IMG/VR virus record: IMGVR_UViG_3300030376_003496 | Source: an uncultured virus (IMG/VR IMGVR_UViG_3300030376_003496) | Taxonomy: Duplodnaviria; Heunggongvirae; Uroviricota; Caudoviricetes | Length of the DNA: 20,000 bases | Direction: 5' to 3' (one strand) | In this document: piece by piece, positions 1-7,158 of the stretch | How positions within the stretch are numbered: the first letter of the stretch is position 1 | Layout of the letters: every line of letters starts with the position of its first letter | Program-made: the position numbers and the translations under genes | The notes under the pieces: model-generated | The model's database searches: none | What the model saw: the letters and a program-made list of their open reading frames with translations, nothing else | What the model was told of the DNA's origin: nothing

Positions 1-2
1 TC

Positions 3-338
3 ACGGCCAAGGTGACACCTCTCCGTGCTCTGCCGTACTTCATCACATGGAACACCTCCGAGATGCTCCCCAACGCGGCTCGGGCCATGTGGTACAAGAA
101 GAACAGCCTGAAGACTCCCATCAAGTTCGTCAGTGCTTGGGTCGATGGTGGGATCGTTGTGAAGTACACTCCTGATGATGGTATGTCAGGCTCAGAGGTG
201 CATCATGTCTTCTCTGCTGGCTACGGCGGTGTCTGGCTCCCGATGGTGTACACTCACACCTGTCCTGTCCACGATATGCTCTACCCATCCGTCGCCAAGG
301 CGTATGAAGAGCAGATCATGGCGAACCTGAGCGACTAA
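3..338 (+). CDS. Hypothetical phage protein, probably 5'-truncated by the window edge
   Basis: Frame is open from position 3 to TAA at 336-338, with coding-like C/G-ending codon bias. No recognisable motif. Confidence 0.6.
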   Translation, partial: TAKVTPLRALPYFITWNTSEMLPNAARAMWYKKNSLKTPIKFVSAWVDGGIVVKYTPDDGMSGSEVHHVFSAGYGGVWLPMVYTHTCPVHDMLYPSVAKAYEEQIMANLSD

Positions 339-351
339 TTCGGCCTTCAAC

Positions 352-412
352 CCGAAGATCCGAAGAGTCCGAAGGCCCGAAGTCACTCAGACCGAAGACC
401 GAAGGCCCGAAG
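352..412 (+). repeat. Cluster of seven CCGAAG hexamers
   Basis: CCGAAG at 352, 360, 369, 377, 392, 399 and 407, mostly at a 7-9 bp period, in an intergenic gap. Confidence 0.9.
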
Positions 413-652
413 ACCTGTCCTTGCGGGTAGTTCCACTATCACCGGACTCGCATAGAGGCATTCCCCGCGTGTAGTCCCCGTCAGAAGCCGTAGAATCTCG
501 ACTGCGGTCCTCGCTTGGACTCGGGGAGTTCCACCCCATTCACTTTTACTGTCCGTTAGGCGGCCTCTCCGGCCCTCTCACGGCATTTCCGGGTACACCT
601 GTTCGTATGGTGGCCCCTGCTTATTTCTCTCCGTTTCTCGAAAGGAAACAAT

Positions 653-967
653 ATGTGTGACAAGATTGACCTTGACCCTCATCGATGCTTGGATGATGAG
701 GATGCTGCGTGCCTTTGCACGGCCCAAGACCTTCTCCCGAGGTTCTTGCACGAACACCACGAAGGAAGCGAGATGTTTGGAGACAGTACGTGGGTTCTCA
801 ACAACCGACAGATGGCTCGTCTCATGGAGATTGCCATCTTGGCACTGAATAAGGAGGCTTCTTCTGACCAGATTCGACGAGGAAACTTCGTTCGAGGCGG
901 CATCTTGGCAGAAATCGGAACAGATCTCATGAACAAAAATCGAAGGGCCATGACTTCGGTTGACTGA
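653..967 (+). CDS. Hypothetical early protein (104 aa)
   Basis: GAAAGGA RBS upstream of ATG 653; fits the + strand gene tiling. Confidence 0.75.
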   Translation: MCDKIDLDPHRCLDDEDAACLCTAQDLLPRFLHEHHEGSEMFGDSTWVLNNRQMARLMEIAILALNKEASSDQIRRGNFVRGGILAEIGTDLMNKNRRAMTSVD

Positions 968-1032
968 CCCGACACTGCTGGGCATCAGTATAAACTGCCC
1001 TTTCACTTTTCACAAAAAAGGAGACTTGACCG

Positions 1033-1281
1033 ATGCGTGATAGAAGAATGATTGTTAATCCCAACCCTCGGAGAGGTATCGAGGTGCGGGATGGTGAGGC
1101 CATCAAGGCAAGGATCAACGAGATCAACAACCTGAAGCGCAAGTGGCTTGCTCAAGAGCAGCGACGGCGGCCCGAGGCAAAGATCTCTTGTACTTTGATC
1201 TCCTTGAATCTGGATGATTTGTGGAGGGACCACGACGTAGTGGATCTCGAATCTTTTGAGCGTGTTGCTCCCTATCTCTGA
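1033..1281 (+). CDS. Hypothetical basic early protein (82 aa)
   Basis: AAGGAG RBS about 8 nt upstream of the ATG. Confidence 0.7.
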   Translation: MRDRRMIVNPNPRRGIEVRDGEAIKARINEINNLKRKWLAQEQRRRPEAKISCTLISLNLDDLWRDHDVVDLESFERVAPYL

Positions 1282-1291
1282 AAGGATTGAT

Positions 1292-1531
1292 ATGATTATT
1301 TGTATTGAATCAGAACTTGAAAGTACTCTTACAGAACTTCTTCGTGAAGACTACGGAGATGAGCTTGAGGGTATCGAGGATATCGATGACTTGCTGTCAG
1401 AGCTTTACGATCATATCCATGTGGATATTATTCCTATTGCTGAGAATTATTTTAGGAGCAGTATCCCCGGCTTGACTAAGGAAACTGTTGAAACATTCGT
1501 ATCAAACCATGAACCCGAGGACGATGAATGA
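1292..1531 (+). CDS. Very acidic early protein (79 aa), possible DNA mimic
   Basis: AAAGGA RBS then ATG 1292; 24 D/E versus 3 K/R; ATGA overlap with the next gene. Confidence 0.7.
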   Translation: MIICIESELESTLTELLREDYGDELEGIEDIDDLLSELYDHIHVDIIPIAENYFRSSIPGLTKETVETFVSNHEPEDDE

Positions 1532-1782
1532 CTAAAGAGTTCCGTATTTACGTGCATGACGATGCTTCACCAACACCTGAGGCTATCGCAATGTGGTTTT
1601 TTGACGCAAAAGATCCTGCTCTTATGTATGCTAGAGAGCTATGCGATAAGTTTCAAGAAAACAAGGATTGTCTTAGAAATCTTTCACGATACTCTGTAAC
1701 GGTGTATCAATTTTACGGTACTGACCTGAAGTTCAGGTCGGATGTTTTTGACTCAAAGAAGGAGTACCCATGCGTACGATGA
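1528..1782 (+). CDS. Hypothetical early protein (84 aa)
   Basis: GAGGA RBS; ATGA-coupled to the upstream gene. Confidence 0.7.
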   Translation: MTKEFRIYVHDDASPTPEAIAMWFFDAKDPALMYARELCDKFQENKDCLRNLSRYSVTVYQFYGTDLKFRSDVFDSKKEYPCVR

Positions 1783-2168
1783 GTTATCAATGGCTCCATG
1801 ACGGAGAGAATCTGACCTGTGTCAGCAATGACACTGGACCACAAGAAAAGTTTTTGTTCAAGACCGGGATGTTTGGTCGAGAATACTACTTCATTGAGCG
1901 TGACATTTCGCTCAAGGACTACGACGAGGATGCCGGGGCATACTGCTCGGAGGATATCGAGTGGTACGTCACTTGGCTGAGTGATGTGTCCAAGGCAGGC
2001 GTTGGACTCAAGAGGGAGGCAGTACACGCTCCCCTTGGTACTTACGCTGACATCAAAGAGGTATGCCTGTGGTGCCGAATTGGTTGTCCTGAAATCAAGA
2101 GAACAACAAGCAACGCCAAGTCGAAGATGGACTGGACGCTTGATATGCTCGAAGCTACTTCAAAATAA
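1770..2168 (+). CDS. Hypothetical early protein (about 130 aa)
   Basis: AAGGAG RBS with ATG at 1770 or 1779; followed by a terminator. Confidence 0.7.
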   Translation: MRTMSYQWLHDGENLTCVSNDTGPQEKFLFKTGMFGREYYFIERDISLKDYDEDAGAYCSEDIEWYVTWLSDVSKAGVGLKREAVHAPLGTYADIKEVCLWCRIGCPEIKRTTSNAKSKMDWTLDMLEATSK

Positions 2169-2175
2169 CTCTCAC

Positions 2176-2209
2176 GGGGGCGGTCATGTTGGCCGTCCCC
2201 TTCTTTTTT
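2176..2209 (+). terminator. Rho-independent terminator
   Basis: GGGGGCGGTCA-TGT-TGGCCGTCCCC, an 11-bp stem with 2 G-U pairs, followed by TTCTTTTTT. Confidence 0.8.
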
Positions 2210-2239
2210 CTATGCCACATTGGCAGAAAGTTTTATACT

Positions 2240-2518
2240 ATGTCTAACTATGACAAGACTATGCGTTTCTTTGCTACCGTCACCTTCTACCTCCCCCTTG
2301 GTGAGGGCAACAAGACTTGGGAACTCAAGGTCCACGCGAACACTCAAGGCGGCCTCATGGATGAGGTGCTTCGGGTCAAGAAGAACTACGAGGCCAAGCA
2401 CGGCAAGTCCACTTGCAAGACTTGGAAGTACTCTGGCCCCGATGGTTTCAACCGACTGATGGATCAGCGCAAGCGTGAGCAGAAGGCGTGGGCTGAGAAG
2501 CAGCAGGCCAGCGCGTGA
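2240..2518 (+). CDS. Hypothetical basic early protein (92 aa)
   Basis: ATG 2240 (MSNYDKT...); strong codon bias, with all 12 Lys codons AAG. Confidence 0.75.
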   Translation: MSNYDKTMRFFATVTFYLPLGEGNKTWELKVHANTQGGLMDEVLRVKKNYEAKHGKSTCKTWKYSGPDGFNRLMDQRKREQKAWAEKQQASA

Positions 2519-2548
2519 GCGGCTGCTCAACTCAAGAGGTATCCCGAG

Positions 2549-2578
2549 TCCCCTCTGAGGCATACGTCTCAGAGGGGG
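2549..2578 (+). other. Long intergenic hairpin, possible RNase III-type processing site
   Basis: TCCCCTCTGAGGC-ATAC-GTCTCAGAGGGGG, a 13-bp stem including G-U pairs, with no immediate U tract. Confidence 0.5.
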
Positions 2579-2705
2579 TCTCCGGGCCTCACACGGAACC
2601 TGTTGACTTGGGGGCTGCCCTCCTTGTTTTTATATTAGTAGTTTTATTATGCTACAGATTACTCAAGAGTAGCAAAGATTGATCCGATGATTATGTAGTG
2701 TCCAA

Positions 2706-2727
2706 AAAACCCACGTTATTGGTATAG
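2706..2727 (+). promoter_or_regulatory. Candidate phage promoter, copy 1
   Basis: AAAACCCACGTTATTGGTATAG is 17/22 identical to 11709-11730; both are intergenic, lie just before an RBS and end in ATAG. Confidence 0.4.
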
Positions 2728-2744
2728 CTACATAAGGAAATGCT

Positions 2745-3125
2745 ATGAGTAAACTGTATGACCGTGATGGATTCTGCGTATTCGGTACGCAACCTTCTGC
2801 TACGCAGCTTGTTGTGAACGACCGTGTGTATCTCATCGTTGACCGTAGGCGTAATCAAGACAACCTGAATGAAGCACAGCAATTGCATATGCAAGGGCTG
2901 CTGAATGTCCATGATCCTTATGTGGACTGGAGGGCTGTCACTGACAAGAAAGGAAAGTCTACCTATAAAGGAATGCTGAATGTATTCCCATCCATTGCAC
3001 AGCAGTGGAAGAATCAGATGAAAGGTAAGTACATCAAGCCCAAGACTTATATGACTGATAACCCTGATAAGATGGGTGAAGATAAGTATTGGGAAGTTCT
3101 TAAGTCCTATCTAACCAAGCACTAA
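2745..3125 (+). CDS. Hypothetical protein (126 aa)
   Basis: TAAGGA RBS; fits the operon tiling. Confidence 0.75.
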   Translation: MSKLYDRDGFCVFGTQPSATQLVVNDRVYLIVDRRRNQDNLNEAQQLHMQGLLNVHDPYVDWRAVTDKKGKSTYKGMLNVFPSIAQQWKNQMKGKYIKPKTYMTDNPDKMGEDKYWEVLKSYLTKH

Positions 3126-3134
3126 GGAGTGCAA

Positions 3135-3296
3135 ATGATTTACAAGATTGTTGAGTCTGGCAAGTGGTACAACGTTGTGGTTGCTTCCACTGATATGATT
3201 GAAGATGGTTTTGATAATCGTGAGGATGCCGAGCGGTACATGGCACACCTCGAAGCTTCAGATTCTGTTGGTATCCTCGAACAGGAGCGTAAGTAA
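3135..3296 (+). CDS. Small hypothetical protein (53 aa, not in the ORF track)
   Basis: TAAGGAG RBS; MIYKIVESGKWYNVVVAS...EQERK*; TAATG coupling to the next gene. Confidence 0.7.
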   Translation: MIYKIVESGKWYNVVVASTDMIEDGFDNREDAERYMAHLEASDSVGILEQERK

Positions 3297-3538
3297 TGCC
3301 TAAGAAACTAAAAACAGAAGACATCATCACTACCAAGGATCACCTCCATGACATTGACTACCTCGCAGGTAGGGCACTCATGATATTCAATGATGAGTAT
3401 GAAGGTGAGGCTGATTCATGGTTGGATGATATCAAGGACATTCAAAGAAAATGTTCTATCCTATTGACTAGAGATTTCATTAGGCGGGCTGATGCCCGTG
3501 CAGCAAGACACGCAAACCTTACAAGAAAGGAAGAGTAA
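3296..3538 (+). CDS. Hypothetical protein (80 aa)
   Basis: AGGAG RBS; TAATG coupling at both ends. Confidence 0.7.
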   Translation: MPKKLKTEDIITTKDHLHDIDYLAGRALMIFNDEYEGEADSWLDDIKDIQRKCSILLTRDFIRRADARAARHANLTRKEE

Positions 3539-3744
3539 TGTATATTGCAGAGATTATGTATCGTGGTGACCTTCATGAGATCATGCATCTCAACGACAGG
3601 GAGCCGTCCAATCTGGAAGTTATCAAACAAGAAATTGATTTGAACTATCCCGGCGAGGAGGATCATGTTCGTATTACCTTGATTAATAGGGATACAGATG
3701 AGCGTGAAGATATTACTGGAGAAGTAACATGTTCACAGAAATGA
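3538..3744 (+). CDS. Hypothetical acidic protein (68 aa)
   Basis: AAAGGA RBS; TAATG coupling. Confidence 0.7.
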   Translation: MYIAEIMYRGDLHEIMHLNDREPSNLEVIKQEIDLNYPGEEDHVRITLINRDTDEREDITGEVTCSQK

Positions 3745-4397
3745 ATGTTGAAATGGTAGATAGCATGGGAGGAGACTTGGATGTAGTTAACGCTGCCCGC
3801 GTCTCTTTCTCTAAAGAAAGTAATGAGCTTGGTAATAACGATATTAAACTTATTAACTATCTCGCCAAGCATAATCACTGGACTCCCTTTGCTCATTGCT
3901 TTGTAAAGTTTAGGGTTAAGGTTCCTATCTTTGTAGCTCGTCAATGGTTCAAACATACTGTTGGCTTTGCTTACAACGAAGTAAGCAGACGCTATGTATC
4001 AGGAAACCCTGAGTTGTTTGATGTTAACGTATGGAGAGGTAAACCTGAAGATAACATTAAGCAAGGATCTAGTAGCAAAGTAATATATGTTACTAGAGAA
4101 ACTACTGAGCTTATGGAAATAATGGTAGCTCACTACAATACTCTTATCAAACAAGGTATTGCACCGGAGATGGCACGTATGGTGTTGCCTCAGGCTACAA
4201 TGACTGAGTACATCGTAAGTGGTAGCCTTGCTGCATGGGCTAGGTTCTACAACCTCAGGGCAGACGATCACGCGCAGCATGAAATTCGCTGGTGTGCTGA
4301 ACAGATCGGTGAGAAGATGGTAAAGTATTACCCACATAGTTGGGCTGCTCTTTGTAACAACTGTAAGGAATGGAACTTTGGCGAAGAAGAACATTAA
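3729..4397 (+). CDS. thyX: Flavin-dependent thymidylate synthase (ThyX/Thy1)
   Basis: MGGDLDVVNAARVSF, HNHWTPF, PIFVARQWFKHTVGFAYNEVSRRY (phage-type variant of the ThyX motif), PEMARMVLPQ, HAQHEIR. Start could be 3741. Confidence 0.95.
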   Translation: MFTEMNVEMVDSMGGDLDVVNAARVSFSKESNELGNNDIKLINYLAKHNHWTPFAHCFVKFRVKVPIFVARQWFKHTVGFAYNEVSRRYVSGNPELFDVNVWRGKPEDNIKQGSSSKVIYVTRETTELMEIMVAHYNTLIKQGIAPEMARMVLPQATMTEYIVSGSLAAWARFYNLRADDHAQHEIRWCAEQIGEKMVKYYPHSWAALCNNCKEWNFGEEEH

Positions 4398-4488
4398 GTT
4401 TAAAGAATTTAGAGGTCGCACTGCTGGTAAGCCGAGGCGATCTAAAAAGAATAAGTACGGCCTACGAAAAAGTGGGAGAAAGAATTGA
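4378..4488 (+). CDS. Possible very basic micro-protein (36 aa)
   Basis: TAAGGA then TTG start; MAKKNIKFKEFRGRTAGKPRRSKKNKYGLRKSGRKN* fills the gap exactly to the next ATG. Confidence 0.5.
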   Translation: MAKKNIKFKEFRGRTAGKPRRSKKNKYGLRKSGRKN

Positions 4489-4491
4489 TGT

Positions 4492-4686
4492 ATGAGTCCG
4501 AAGGATCATAACGATTGGCGTAAGACTGATCGTGCTAAAGATAAGATTAAAGAACCAAAGAAAAATAAACACCAAAAGAAACACTGGACCGAATGGGCTG
4601 GTGATAACCTTGCTCATCCTGATGACTCAGTAGACATGACTCAACAAGAATGGGATAATTTTCTTGAAGGAAACTCAGATGAATGA
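4492..4686 (+). CDS. Small hypothetical protein (64 aa) with a basic N-half and acidic C-half
   Basis: Tiles between neighbouring genes; GGAG upstream. Confidence 0.65.
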   Translation: MSPKDHNDWRKTDRAKDKIKEPKKNKHQKKHWTEWAGDNLAHPDDSVDMTQQEWDNFLEGNSDE

Positions 4687-4798
4687 GATTGATCCAAAAG
4701 AACTTGAAAAGATTTTTGATGTCTTTCCTCAAGCACAGATTGAAAAAGACCTTCACAATCAGATTGTAATTTATACAGGAGTTTATGACAATGACTGA
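4679..4798 (+). CDS. Small hypothetical protein (39 aa, not in the ORF track)
   Basis: AAGGA RBS; MNEIDPKELEKIFDVFPQAQIEKDLHNQIVIYTGVYDND*; 8-nt overlaps at both ends. Confidence 0.6.
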   Translation: MNEIDPKELEKIFDVFPQAQIEKDLHNQIVIYTGVYDND

Positions 4799-5126
4799 AC
4801 GTGATTGTGTTCGTTACACAATAATGGTTCCTAATACTTTTGCAACAGATGAAGACATTCAGAATGAATTAAAAGAAGTTATTTTTGATGAATGCACACA
4901 AGCAGTAATCAGATCTTTTGCTTGCACTTGTATGGTTAGCGAGGGAAATGTTTTTGGTTTTAAAGAATGGAAAGTAACTATACCCCTGCATTCAGCCGAA
5001 GCTGTGTATCATCGTATTGCCCTTTGGGCAGAAGAATGGCTTCATCGTGAAGAAGCATCGGGAAGACTTGGTATAGATAGTATCATGTTAGAGAAAGAAT
5101 TTGTAAAGAAGGTATACTTGAGGTAA
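4791..5126 (+). CDS. Hypothetical protein (about 111 aa)
   Basis: AGGAG RBS at 4777; ATGACTGA overlap with the upstream ORF. Confidence 0.7.
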   Translation: MTERDCVRYTIMVPNTFATDEDIQNELKEVIFDECTQAVIRSFACTCMVSEGNVFGFKEWKVTIPLHSAEAVYHRIALWAEEWLHREEASGRLGIDSIMLEKEFVKKVYLR

Positions 5127-5133
5127 CGATATA

Positions 5134-5253
5134 ATGAACGGAGCAGATGGATTTTTATTGTATCAGTTAGGTTGTTTTGATTACGTTTTGTTTCTTGTTT
5201 TAATTGGTATTCTTGTGAGCTTTATTGGTAAAGCTCTCGATCTCTTTGACTAA
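5134..5253 (+). CDS. Small predicted membrane protein (39 aa, not in the ORF track)
   Basis: GAGGT RBS; hydrophobic stretch YVLFLVLIGILVSFIG. Confidence 0.6.
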   Translation: MNGADGFLLYQLGCFDYVLFLVLIGILVSFIGKALDLFD

Positions 5254-5269
5254 GAAAGGTCAATACACT

Positions 5270-6253
5270 ATGTCACACGAAATTACTACTACTGACAACG
5301 CAGTTTTCCACGGAACCAAGGCTTGGCACGGGCTGGGCTATGTTGTTCAGGATGAGATGGGTCCACTGAAGGCAGTTGAAACTGCTGGACTCGATTGGTA
5401 CGTCTACAAGACGGATGGTGTGTTCGGTTATACTAACGAAGGTGCTACTGTAATGGATTCCAAGCGGTGCATGACGTACCGTGAAGATACCAAGGAAGCC
5501 CTTGGCTACGTCTCCAGTGACTACAACGTCTTTCAGAATGTGGAGCTTGCGAATCTCGCACTCTCTGTGTCCGATGATGTTAAGGTTGAGTCTGCATTCT
5601 CAATGATGGGCGGCAAGCGTGTCGTGATCCTGCTCAAGGGATCAAGCATTGAGGTTGGCAAGGATGAGCGTGATGTCCTTGATACTTACTTCTGCCTGTG
5701 CAATGGGCACGACGGTAAGTTCTCTCTTCGTGGCTTTGGTACAACCATCCGTATTGTGTGCAACAACACACTTCAGATGGCACTGAGCAATGCCAAGGGA
5801 CAAACTTATGCAATTAGTCACAACGGTGACTTCCAGACTAAGCTGGAAGACATGCGTACTGCACTGGGTGAATACAAGAAGAACCGTGAATGGTTCCACA
5901 CTACTGTTAACTCCCTTGCTCAGAAGGACGTTGACAAGGCTCGACTTGATGAATTCTGGAAGCAGTCATTCGCAATGATTACTGATCCTAAGATTCTCAA
6001 GGACAAGACTGCTGGTATGCGTGAAGCAATCAAGTTCCAAGAAAACGTCAAGGTTACCTTTGAACAGGAACGTGACGCTGAAGGCATCCGACCCTCAATG
6101 TGGCTGGCTGCTAACGCAGTGACCAACTACATTCAGCACAGAACTACAACCCGAGGACGCAAGGCTTCCTTCGAAAATCGGGCTGGCGATATGCTGATGG
6201 GCAAGAAGGCAGATACTTCTAACAAGATCATGAAGGCCGCGTTGGCTTTCTAA
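5270..6253 (+). CDS. DUF932-family phage/plasmid protein
   Basis: MSHEI...AWHGLG...AGLDW, NGHDGKFSL, TTIRIVCNNTL, WLAANAVTNY; GAAAGG RBS before ATG 5270. Confidence 0.88.
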   Translation: MSHEITTTDNAVFHGTKAWHGLGYVVQDEMGPLKAVETAGLDWYVYKTDGVFGYTNEGATVMDSKRCMTYREDTKEALGYVSSDYNVFQNVELANLALSVSDDVKVESAFSMMGGKRVVILLKGSSIEVGKDERDVLDTYFCLCNGHDGKFSLRGFGTTIRIVCNNTLQMALSNAKGQTYAISHNGDFQTKLEDMRTALGEYKKNREWFHTTVNSLAQKDVDKARLDEFWKQSFAMITDPKILKDKTAGMREAIKFQENVKVTFEQERDAEGIRPSMWLAANAVTNYIQHRTTTRGRKASFENRAGDMLMGKKADTSNKIMKAALAF

Positions 6254-6360
6254 ATTTCACAGCATAGTGTACACAACCCTTACTTATGAAAGGGCCTATA
6301 GTTTCCTCAAAACTTAGTACACTATGTCCCCCCGCCCCTTGATTGTTTCAAGGGGCACTC

Positions 6361-6433
6361 GCCCTCGTAGCTCAGTTGGTAGAGCATTCGGCTTTTAACC
6401 GATCGGTCGCAGGTTCAAGTCCTGCCGAGGGCA
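6361..6433 (+). tRNA. tRNA-Lys (anticodon UUU)
   Basis: Acceptor GCCCTCG/CGAGGGC, D arm GCTC-AGTTGGTA-GAGC, anticodon loop CTTTTAA, T arm GCAGG-TTCAAGT-CCTGC; no encoded CCA. Confidence 0.95.
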
Positions 6434-6448
6434 TTAAGGAGATTTATT

Positions 6449-6544
6449 ATGATTGTTATTACTAACCCAGATTGTCCTGTTTGTAAAGGTACTGGAACAG
6501 ATACCCGTGGACCCATTGCCGAGGAGTGCCCTAAGTGTGAATAA
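6449..6544 (+). CDS. Zn-finger micro-protein (31 aa)
   Basis: TAAGGAG RBS; MIVITNPDCPVCKGTGTDTRGPIAEECPKCE*, containing CxxCxGxG and CxxC. Confidence 0.7.
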   Translation: MIVITNPDCPVCKGTGTDTRGPIAEECPKCE

Positions 6545-6548
6545 ATTA

Positions 6549-7090
6549 ATGGAAGAAATGTATACGTTTCATAATGAAATTGCTTTAAGAGAGAATGCTT
6601 CGGCTGCTTCGGTAGCCTCGCTGGCAGCAGTCGGGAAGGATTACTTTACGTCCATAGCGGGAGGACTTCTCACCCTCGGTGAAATCCACGCTCCACTATC
6701 ACAGACCCATAAGTTCATTACCCGCTGCTCCGAGCTTAACTACGAAAACGAAATCAAAACTCACTTGATTAATCACTACAAGATCCCCGGTTGGGGTTCA
6801 TCTTTTGTCAAAGGTAATCCTGACTCGGTGTTCTTTGCAGTTGATTGTATGCTTGAAGGAAGCAAAACACNNNNNNNNNNNNNNNNNNNNNNNNNNNNNN
6901 NNNNNNNNNNNNNNNNNNNNNNNNNNNNNNNNNNNNNNNNNNNNNNTACCCAAACGCTTCGTATTATACTGTAGCATGTTGCATTGAATCAGGAGTTCCT
7001 ATTGAAAAGGCAGCGTTCCATCTTGTTAATGCTAGACTCCCTGCTTGGACGGAGTTGTGGATTCTCACTAAACAGAAAAAACTTCGGTAG
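6549..7090 (+). CDS. Minimal citrate synthase / citryl-CoA lyase-fold protein with altered active site; spans an assembly gap
   Basis: Before the gap: ENASAASV..., SIAGGLLTLGEIHAP, KIPGWGSSFVKGNPD. After the gap, in the frame starting at 6947: YPNASYYTVACCIESGVP...NARLPAWTELW...* (TAG 7088-7090). These match the order of citrate synthase motifs NAS, GPLHGG, IPGFGH, YPNVDFY and ARxxGW. The apparent frame change lies within the N run. Confidence 0.75.
6871..6946. other. Assembly gap (76 N)
   Basis: Run of n characters. Confidence 1.
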
Positions 7091-7154
7091 CTCAGTTGGA
7101 TAGAGCAGTTGACTTCTAATCAACAGGTCGAAGGTTCGAGTCCTTCCCGAAGTG
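7081..7154 (+). tRNA. tRNA-Arg (anticodon UCU)
   Basis: Acceptor ACTTCGG/CCGAAGT, D loop AGTTGGATA, anticodon arm GTTGA-CTTCTAA-TCAAC, T arm GAAGG-TTCGAGT-CCTTC; no CCA. Confidence 0.95.
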
Positions 7155-7158
7155 TGAT

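Noticed and set aside
352..412. Possible CRISPR or mini-array
   Set aside because: Repeats are 6 bp with 1-9 bp spacers, and no cas genes are present.
980..1010. GGGCA/TGCCC hairpin plus T-rich tract as a terminator; nearby TTGACT and TATAAA as a promoter
   Set aside because: Only a 5-bp stem with an 11-nt loop, and the hexamer spacing is 23 nt rather than about 17.
6283..6326. Hammerhead-like look (CTTATGA ... AAAAC ... GTA)
   Set aside because: Two invariant core positions differ from CUGANGA/GAAA, and stem I is not adjacent to the core.
6453..6987. Track ORFs 6453..6974 and 6805..6987
   Set aside because: Artefacts of reading through Ns. The region is better explained by 6449..6544 plus 6549..7090.
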